A stretch of DNA of 64,000 bases, taken from the NCBI GenBank assembly GCA_047974565.1, contig JBKECN010000015.1, positions 68,142 to 132,141 of the forward strand, written 5' to 3'. Source of the stretch: Actinomycetales bacterium. GTDB taxonomy: Bacteria > Actinomycetota > Actinomycetes > Actinomycetales > CAWJMD01. The notes beneath the pieces are model-generated. The model saw only the letters and a program-made list of their open reading frames with translations. It had not been told where the DNA came from and ran no database searches. Numbering within the stretch: position 1 is the stretch's first letter; each line of letters begins with the position of its first letter. Below are positions 17,534 through 23,975 of the stretch, piece by piece. A program made the position numbers and the translations under genes.

Positions 17534-20500
17534 GACGTCTCCTCGGGGGTGGGGGGTGCTGAGCAGCTGAGGCTGGGCGGGCTCGGATTCGTGGTGGGTG
17601 AACCCGCGATGGTGGGGTCTGGAAGGGGCCGGACGCCGGCCCGGGCTGGTGGACGGGACGGGCCTGGTAGATGGGCCCGGCCTGGTAGATGGGACCGGGC
17701 GGGTGGATGGGTGATGATCGTGGCCGCTTTCCAGGGCGGCGCCCACGGCCGTGATCAATCTGGCGACCTCCGGTGGGCGCAGCACCGAGTAGTGGTCCGA
17801 GGGCATCTGGACGGTGGTCGGGTCGCACACCGAGAAGCGTTGGCTGCCTTCGAGGAAGGAGTAGTCGTCGCCCTGAGCCTTGACCACCGTGATGGGGGCC
17901 CGCACGGTACGCCCGGTGAGTTCGTGGAAGGTATAGGTCGACTCGTAGGTGTGCTCCACCAGCCTGGTGACCCGAAGGATCAGCTCCTGGTCCAGTCCCG
18001 GCAGATGACGATCGAGGAAGTCGGCGAACGACTCGGCGTCGTGCACGGCGGCCCGGCAGTCGCGCAGGACCTGGCTGGCTGGCAGCTCGGCCAGGAAGAC
18101 CGACAGCAGGATCGTCAGGAAGTCCGGCGATCGGTAGTCGGCCTTGCCCGAAGGAGCACCGGCCCAGGGGCCTTGGGTACTGGGGGCTTTCGGCGCGCCG
18201 AGCAACGGTGAGCCGGGCGCGACCAGCACCAGTGCGCTCACCTGCGCTCCGGCCTGCTCAAGTTGGTACGCCGCCTCGAACGCCACCCGGGCGCCGAAGG
18301 AGTAGCCGAGGAGTGAGTACGGACCATCTGGTTGCCGCCGCCGGATCAGCTCGACGTCGGCGCTGGCCATCGAGGTGATGCCGTCGAGCACGGGTTCGCC
18401 GGGATTGATGCCGCTGGCCTGGATGCCGAGAACATCCCGGTCACTGGCCAGACCGTGAGCCAGCGGCGTCAGGTTCATCGGGAATCCGCCGAGCCCGGGC
18501 CAGCAGAACAGTGCATCGCCCGGCCGCGCACCCTTGCCCGGCGGCAACCCCTTTCCGGGGCTGGCAAGTCGTACCAGGCGGTTGGGCTTCTCGTCTGCCG
18601 GCTCGGAGTTGCCGGCCCGTCCGATTGGCACCGAGGCGGTGCCGGCTGGGTCGGTTGAGCCGCGCCGGTCGCCGTGAGCTGCTTCCTCGGGGTGGGTCGG
18701 TCCGCCTGTGGACGCCGCGGCACCGTCCAGCAGGCCTGCCAGCGCGCGTGGCGTGCTGTGCTCGAAGATCGCCTGCAGCGGCAATCTGGCCCCCAGGCGA
18801 TCGTTGAGCCGGTGGATGAGCTGGACGCTGGTGAGCGAGTCGCCACCGATGGCGAAGAAGTCGTCGACCACCGAGGCGCTGTGTGGCACCAGTTCTTGCC
18901 AGATGGACAACACCTGAGCCTCGCTGGGCGTTGCCGGGGGTACCGACTCCCGGTTCCGGGCAGTGTCGTCGGCGATTCGGCGCAAGGCCACCAGATCCGT
19001 CTTTCCTGTTGCGGTGGTGGGGATCTCGTCCAGGACGTGGATCTGCCGGGGCACCATGTAGCGGGGTAGCGTCCGGGCCAGTTCGTCGCGCAGGATCTCC
19101 GCCGGGCCTCGGCTGTGCACCCGGTCCTGGGCCATGTCACGGGCGGCGATCTGAGCCTGGGTGACGGGGCCCGCCAGCGCGAAGTAGGTCAACTCGTCGT
19201 GGCCGGTGAGTTCGCGGTACCGCGCGGCCGATGGAAGCGGCCTACCGGTCAGCGAGCTGTAGCCCGCCGACATCAGGCCGATTCCACCTCCGGCGGCCTG
19301 CAGGTGGTGCATCGCCCGCCCGAGTTGCACGAGGCCACGCCAGCCGTGTCCGGTCGAGGTGGTGAGCAGCACGCCGAAGGCCGCGTCGTCGTAGCTGGCC
19401 TGGTTGATGGCGATGACATCGCGGCGCCGGATCGTATCCGGTCCGAGGTGCTGCCACCGGGCACCGGCCCTGGTAAGCCCGGGTGCCAGGCCCGGCACCC
19501 GACGGGCGTGACCCTGCAGCAGGATGCCGACCTCGGCGGGCAGTGTGCGCGCCGGCCCCGGATGCACCCGCACCGCGGCCAAGGCCACCGCCTCGTCTCC
19601 GAGCCCCAGCAGATTCGCTGCCAATGCAGGGATCTCGGTGGTGCTCAGGCCGAGACCGGCCAGTGCGCGGTCCAGCGCACCCAACAGGTGTCCGGCCTCC
19701 AGATGCAGTACCTCATCGACGTTGGTCACATAGACGCTGGTGATCGCCGTCCGGATGCCGACCAGGTGCACCTCCAGCAGCGGTTCACCGGCCGGGCAGT
19801 CTGCCGGCGCAGCGAGATCGCCGAACAACGGCGTGGACGCCTCGACGTCGACCCGGTCCAGCCGGTGGGCGTACTGGTCGAAGTAGTAGAGACCATCGGG
19901 CAGCCCGGCGATTCCGGCGCACCGCAGGTAGAGCTGAGTGGCCACCAGGGCACCGGGGGAGGCGTAGGCGAACTTCGGCAGCAGCCGGTCCGGGCTCTCG
20001 AACGGTCCGAGCCAGCGCAGCAGCCGCCCCACCCCGTCCAGATCCGGCAGTCGTCCGGCCTCCGGGACGGGATCGTCAGTGACGCAAGGATTCTCAGGTG
20101 GTTGGCCGGCACGGGCCAGCCACTCGCGGATGGTGTCGGCGTCCACGCCGCTGCCTTCGAAGATCCGGTAGGTCTTGCGGGCGAAGACCTCTCGCACCTG
20201 CTCGAGGCTGGGTTCGGCGCCCGGCAATGGCAGGCCCGGGCCGGTCAGGTCGCGTCGGCGTCCGAGCTGGGCCAACTGAGCGCGGACCTGCACCCGCGAA
20301 CCCTTGGAGCTGTGGTGGCCGCCACCCTCACCCTGATCCATCAACGCGGCCTCCTCGGAGTCCAGCCCGACGAAGGCGACCAGGCCGGTGCATCCGGTGC
20401 TGGGATCCTCATGCGGCACCACCACTGCCTGACGGATCCAGCGGTGTTCCTCGACGGCGTTGCGGACCTCGTCCAGTTCGATCCGGTGGCCGTTGATCTT

Positions 20501-21811
20501 CACCTGGGTGTCGTCCCGGCCTACGAAGCACAACCCGGCCCGCTCATCCCAGCGCACCCGGTCACCGGTGCGGTAGGCGCGCACCTGCCGTCCTTGTGCG
20601 TTCGCCCGGGTGAGGAAGCGCGCCGCAGTCTGCTGCGGGTCTGCGACATATCCGCGGGCCACCTGCGGGCCAGTGATCACCAGTTCACCCACCTCGCCGG
20701 GCGCCACCGGGGCGAGATCGTCGTCCAGGACGGTGAGTTCGTGCCCGTCCACGGGATTGCCGATCGGCACGGTCGGGGTGTCGAGGGCGGCCGCGGAGTC
20801 GGCGGTGAGCACCTGCGCGGTGGCGTTGATGGTGGTCTCGGTCGGGCCGTAGAGGTTCACCAGGCGGGCCGTCGGCAGAGCGGCCAGGAGCCGCCTGGCC
20901 AGCGCGGTGGCCAGCACCTCCCCACCGCTGTACAGGTCGCTCAGGCTGGTGCAGTCGGCCAGTTCCGGGTGCGCGGCCAGCGCCGTCCACAGCGTCGGAA
21001 CGCACTGCACGGCGGTGATCTGCTGCTCCCGCACCAGCCGGAGCAGACGCTCCGGGTCCCGATTCGTGCCCGACTCGGCGACCACCACGGTGGCGCCGCA
21101 GGCACTGGCCAACAGTTCCCACTGGGCGGCGTCGAAGCCGATCGGGGTCTTGAACAGCAGCCGGGCCCGGGGGCGCAGCAGACCGCTGCCTCGCAGCCAC
21201 GCCAACTGATGCCCCAGACCGCCGTGCTCGACCATCACCCCTTTGGGGCGGCCGGTGCTGCCGGAGGTGTACACCACGTATGCCAGGGCATCCGGCGGGG
21301 GAGTGTTCGGGCCAGGCTGCCGGGGGGTATCCGTGCCGGACCGGGCGGCCAGGTCACGCACGGTGCTGAGCACCGCACGTGGTGCCACCTCCTCGGCTCG
21401 TCCGGCCAGGGCGGCGTCGACGACGAGCACCCGGACGCTCGCATCGCCGGCCATCAACTCCACTCGAGCGGTCGGCAACGACACCGGCAGCGGCACATAG
21501 CCTGCCCCCGCGAGCAGGACGCCCCAGGCGGCGACCACGAGGTCCACTCCAGGCTCCATGAACAGCCCGACCCGGTCCTGCGGGCGCACCCCGAGGGTGC
21601 GCAAGCCGGCGGCAACCCGGGTGGCGCCGGCCCACAGGTCGGCGACGGTGAGGATGCAGCCGGTGGCCGGCTCACACACGGCTGGTCGGCCGGGATCGGT
21701 GAGCAGCTCCTGGCGCAGCAGCTGCACGGGTGTGGGGCCGCTACCGTGGGGCGGGTGTGTGGGCGCGCTGGGGTGGGTGGCTGCGGGGGCCACCATCAGG
21801 TCGACGGTCAT
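17303..21811 (-). CDS. Single-module NRPS, A(Ox)-T-TE with in-frame C-terminal tautomerase (indigoidine-synthetase BpsA/IndC/MinA-type architecture)
   Basis: Track ORF 17303..21850; ATG 21811 lies 10 nt after the DsbA-like stop. A3 YTSGSTGRPKG, A5 NLYGPTE, A7 YRTGD, A8 GRDDTQVKINGHRIELDEV. About 460 aa are inserted before A9 LPRYMVP and A10 ATGKTD. T motif is FFAIGGDSL and TE motif is GYSFG. The last 76 aa are PptA-like. Confidence 0.9.
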   Translation of the reverse strand: MTVDLMVAPAATHPSAPTHPPHGSGPTPVQLLRQELLTDPGRPAVCEPATGCILTVADLWAGATRVAAGLRTLGVRPQDRVGLFMEPGVDLVVAAWGVLLAGAGYVPLPVSLPTARVELMAGDASVRVLVVDAALAGRAEEVAPRAVLSTVRDLAARSGTDTPRQPGPNTPPPDALAYVVYTSGSTGRPKGVMVEHGGLGHQLAWLRGSGLLRPRARLLFKTPIGFDAAQWELLASACGATVVVAESGTNRDPERLLRLVREQQITAVQCVPTLWTALAAHPELADCTSLSDLYSGGEVLATALARRLLAALPTARLVNLYGPTETTINATAQVLTADSAAALDTPTVPIGNPVDGHELTVLDDDLAPVAPGEVGELVITGPQVARGYVADPQQTAARFLTRANAQGRQVRAYRTGDRVRWDERAGLCFVGRDDTQVKINGHRIELDEVRNAVEEHRWIRQAVVVPHEDPSTGCTGLVAFVGLDSEEAALMDQGEGGGHHSSKGSRVQVRAQLAQLGRRRDLTGPGLPLPGAEPSLEQVREVFARKTYRIFEGSGVDADTIREWLARAGQPPENPCVTDDPVPEAGRLPDLDGVGRLLRWLGPFESPDRLLPKFAYASPGALVATQLYLRCAGIAGLPDGLYYFDQYAHRLDRVDVEASTPLFGDLAAPADCPAGEPLLEVHLVGIRTAITSVYVTNVDEVLHLEAGHLLGALDRALAGLGLSTTEIPALAANLLGLGDEAVALAAVRVHPGPARTLPAEVGILLQGHARRVPGLAPGLTRAGARWQHLGPDTIRRRDVIAINQASYDDAAFGVLLTTSTGHGWRGLVQLGRAMHHLQAAGGGIGLMSAGYSSLTGRPLPSAARYRELTGHDELTYFALAGPVTQAQIAARDMAQDRVHSRGPAEILRDELARTLPRYMVPRQIHVLDEIPTTATGKTDLVALRRIADDTARNRESVPPATPSEAQVLSIWQELVPHSASVVDDFFAIGGDSLTSVQLIHRLNDRLGARLPLQAIFEHSTPRALAGLLDGAAASTGGPTHPEEAAHGDRRGSTDPAGTASVPIGRAGNSEPADEKPNRLVRLASPGKGLPPGKGARPGDALFCWPGLGGFPMNLTPLAHGLASDRDVLGIQASGINPGEPVLDGITSMASADVELIRRRQPDGPYSLLGYSFGARVAFEAAYQLEQAGAQVSALVLVAPGSPLLGAPKAPSTQGPWAGAPSGKADYRSPDFLTILLSVFLAELPASQVLRDCRAAVHDAESFADFLDRHLPGLDQELILRVTRLVEHTYESTYTFHELTGRTVRAPITVVKAQGDDYSFLEGSQRFSVCDPTTVQMPSDHYSVLRPPEVARLITAVGAALESGHDHHPSTRPVPSTRPGPSTRPVPSTSPGRRPAPSRPHHRGFTHHESEPAQPQLLSTPHPRGDVMPHVSVKHFPVQLDPELRARLAHDMTRLVSSALGCAPGAVSIALEEVPESDWRAKVYLPEIAGKRDLLCKEPEYRM
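17726..18928 (-). other. Thiolation (PCP) and thioesterase domains of the NRPS
   Basis: GGDSLTSVQLIHRL (Ser attachment site). TE with LFCWPGLGG, GYSFGARVA and a C-terminal DH pair. Boundaries are approximate. Confidence 0.75.
19136..20233 (-). other. Ox (nitroreductase/SagB-like FMN oxidase) domain embedded between A8 and A9 of the NRPS
   Basis: Roughly residues 540-905 of the track ORF interrupt the adenylation domain (RKTYRIFEG...LPKFAYASPGALVATQLYL...AINQASYDDAAFGVLL...GLMSAGYSS). Boundaries are approximate. Confidence 0.7.
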
Positions 21812-21821
21812 GGTGCCCGCC

Positions 21822-22436
21822 TCAGCTGGTCTCGAGGTCGCCGCGGCCACGCTTGTACTCGACGAACTGCCGGTGCCTGGATAGGCGCACGACCGCGTCG
21901 AAGATGTCCACCGCGTCCTGACCGCGGGGGATGCCGGTGAGCACCGGCCCGAAGAAGGCCTCGCCCTCGACGTGGATGATCGGTGTGCCCACGTCCTCGC
22001 CCACCGGCTCCAGTGCCAACCTGGTCCTGGCCCGCAGTACCGCGTCCCAGGAGGGATCGTCGGCGGCGGCGTCCAAGCCTGCGTCCAGGCCGGCGACCCG
22101 CAGGGCGTCGGTAACCATCGCCCGGGTGTCCCGCCGGCCCTCGACGTGCCGCATCCGGCCGTAGGCGTCGTAGAAGGAATCGAACGAGCCGGTACGTGAC
22201 TGCAGGGCGGCGGCGACCCGGGCCGGGCCCCACGCCTGGTCGTTGAACTCGCGGTACCAGTCGTCCAACTCGCGTCCTTCGTTGATCACCGAGAGGCTGA
22301 CCAACTCCATCCGCACGGTCGCGGCTCCCTTGGCCATCACCTCCAGCAACCATCTCGAGGTGATCCAGGCGAACGGGCAGGACGGATCCACGAAGAGGGT
22401 CACGTCCGGGGTCGGGGTGTTATTCGGTTCTTTCAT
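21822..22436 (-). CDS. DsbA-like thioredoxin-fold protein
   Basis: 204 aa. VTLFVDPSCPFAW (CxxW-type thioredoxin motif position) and C-terminal GTPIIHVEGEAFFGPVL. First gene of the minus operon. Confidence 0.7.
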   Translation of the reverse strand: MKEPNNTPTPDVTLFVDPSCPFAWITSRWLLEVMAKGAATVRMELVSLSVINEGRELDDWYREFNDQAWGPARVAAALQSRTGSFDSFYDAYGRMRHVEGRRDTRAMVTDALRVAGLDAGLDAAADDPSWDAVLRARTRLALEPVGEDVGTPIIHVEGEAFFGPVLTGIPRGQDAVDIFDAVVRLSRHRQFVEYKRGRGDLETS

Positions 22437-22547
22437 GGGGACGACGCTATGGGCGTGAAATAGCCGGTTTCAATAGCCCGGAGAATAGTCGGGGATAGTG
22501 CATGGCGAGGGTGTGCGGGCCGCACCTGGCCACCGTGACATCCTCAC

Positions 22548-22655
22548 GGTTGAGCACGGCACGACCCCTGGTGAGCCGGTACGACCCCCTGCTGAGCACG
22601 GTGCGAACCGCTGGTGAGCAGGCAACCATGAATTTCTCATGGGTGGCGGGTGAGC
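22548..22655. repeat. Phased ~21-bp degenerate direct repeats (TGGTGAGCnCGGnACGACCCC) in the divergent promoter spacer
   Basis: TGAGC cores start at 22551, 22572, 22593, 22615 and 22651 (spacing 21, 21, 22, 36). Confidence 0.85.
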
Positions 22656-22760
22656 CAGGTGGATTGACCCTGCCGAGGGTCGGGCCTAGCGTTGTGGATA
22701 TCGAATTCACCTGAGGAGCGGCACCCGGATGAAGCGCATTCGGGATTCGGCCTCACTCAT

Positions 22761-22777
22761 TTCATAAAGAATATGAA
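22761..22777. promoter_or_regulatory. AT-rich inverted repeat in the divergent spacer (candidate operator or promoter element)
   Basis: TTCATA-aagaa-TATGAA, the most AT-rich spot of the spacer, about 70 nt upstream of GTG 22848. Confidence 0.3.
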
Positions 22778-22847
22778 TACCGCGGCCACAGCGATGACTT
22801 TTCAGCCTTGGCCCCTACCGATCCGATGTCGAGCCCTTGGAGGCGTC

Positions 22848-23975
22848 GTGCTCTTGTCCACCCGGTCCCAGCGAGATCACCCGGGCCGCTGCCTGCCCGG
22901 TGGGCCGTCGGGGAAGGTGTCCAGCAACGAAAGCCCGTACCCGCCCCTGGCCGCGGTGTCCGAGGCGATGACCGCCTGGAACCCGGCGCTCAACAGGTAC
23001 CCGGAGCGACACCCAGAGCGCCTGACTCTCGCCCTGGCGGCCCACCACCGGGTCAGCCCCCAGGAGATCACCGTGGGCACCGGCTCGGTGGCCGCCCTGC
23101 AGTACCTCGTCCAGGCGAGTGTGCCGGCCGGGGCCGAACTCGTCTACGGCTGGCGCAGCTATGAGACCTACCCGCGGCTGGCCCGGATCAACGCCGCCCA
23201 CGCGGTCCAGGTGCCATTGCGCCAGGAGTACCTGGATCTGGGCGCGATGGCCCGCGCGGTGACCTCACGCACGGCCGCGATCATCGTGTGCAACCCCAAC
23301 AACCCGTCCGGCACCCTGCACTCCACGGCCAGCCTGGACGACTTCCTGCGACAGGTGCCCCGGAACGTCCTGGTCATCCTCGACGAGGCGTATTGGGAGT
23401 TCACCGGAGTCCCCGAAGACGCCAGTGGGACGCGGCTGTACCGGAACCATCCCAACGTCGCCGTCGTGCGCACCTTCTCCAAGGCCTTCGGCCTGGCCGG
23501 CCTGCGGGTCGGCTATGTGATCGCCCGACCCGAACTCACCGCCTTGGCCCGGTTGTGCGCGGTCCCCTTCGGCGTCAGCGCCGGTGCCGAGGACGCCGCG
23601 CTCCGTGCACTCGAGCACCGCAGCGCGCTGCGGGAGCGGGTGGCGGGCATCGTCTCCGAACGCGAGCGGATGTGGAAGCACCTGACCGGCAACGGTTTCC
23701 ACGTCCCGCCGAGCAGATCGAACTTCCTGTGGCTGACCGGCCTCGCCGATCAACCCGGCCTCGTCAGTGCCTGCGCCGATGCCGGAATCACCGTGCGCGA
23801 CTTCCCGGGCGAAGGAGTCCGGGTCACCGTCGCCACCCCCGGTGTCAACGACCTCGTGTGCGCCATCGCCAGCCGGTTCGCTCCGGCTGACCCCGACCAC
23901 CGATCAGCGGCCGGCACCACCTGCAGAACCCGACCACGCGCCACGGCGCCCCTGCGGAGAGGACACCCGACATGA
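22848..23975 (+). CDS. Class-II (HisC-like) aromatic/histidinol-phosphate aminotransferase
   Basis: Track ORF 22692..23975. GC3 rises only after about 22845. GTG 22848 has GGAGG 4 nt upstream. Motifs SSNESPYPP, NPNNPSG, RTFSKAFGLAGLRVGY (PLP Lys). Confidence 0.85.
   Translation: MLLSTRSQRDHPGRCLPGGPSGKVSSNESPYPPLAAVSEAMTAWNPALNRYPERHPERLTLALAAHHRVSPQEITVGTGSVAALQYLVQASVPAGAELVYGWRSYETYPRLARINAAHAVQVPLRQEYLDLGAMARAVTSRTAAIIVCNPNNPSGTLHSTASLDDFLRQVPRNVLVILDEAYWEFTGVPEDASGTRLYRNHPNVAVVRTFSKAFGLAGLRVGYVIARPELTALARLCAVPFGVSAGAEDAALRALEHRSALRERVAGIVSERERMWKHLTGNGFHVPPSRSNFLWLTGLADQPGLVSACADAGITVRDFPGEGVRVTVATPGVNDLVCAIASRFAPADPDHRSAAGTTCRTRPRATAPLRRGHPT

Noticed and set aside
17292-17828. Upstream 179 codons of track ORF 16608-17828 (Pro/Arg-rich) as part of the HAD gene
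   Set aside because: This part lies inside the NRPS TE/tautomerase coding region in another frame. ATG 17291 has a strong GAAGGAGG SD, and the family-typical N-terminal VVIDLH segment (HAD motif I position) follows immediately.
20351-21733. Attempt to read the full 10-residue adenylation specificity code to call glutamine
   Set aside because: Only D-A-x-x-W in FDAAQWE can be placed confidently by eye. My manual alignment to GrsA for the remaining positions was inconsistent, so no substrate call is made.
19115-21940. 941-aa plus-strand ORF, and many other long ORFs antisense or out of frame to the NRPS and other genes (for example 10121-11578, 23750-25258, 28701-29939, 35829-36842, 40805-42061)
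   Set aside because: Their translations are Arg/Gly/Pro/Ala-rich and motif-free. They overlap genes with clear family motifs and correct GC3 periodicity. These are expected stop-poor shadows in high-GC DNA.
22502-22714. 70-aa ORF in the divergent spacer as a definite small protein or precursor
   Set aside because: Its heptad-like repeat is simply the translation of the 21-bp DNA repeat. GC3 is intermediate and the SD is weak. It is kept only as an alternative explanation in the repeat finding, not as a feature.
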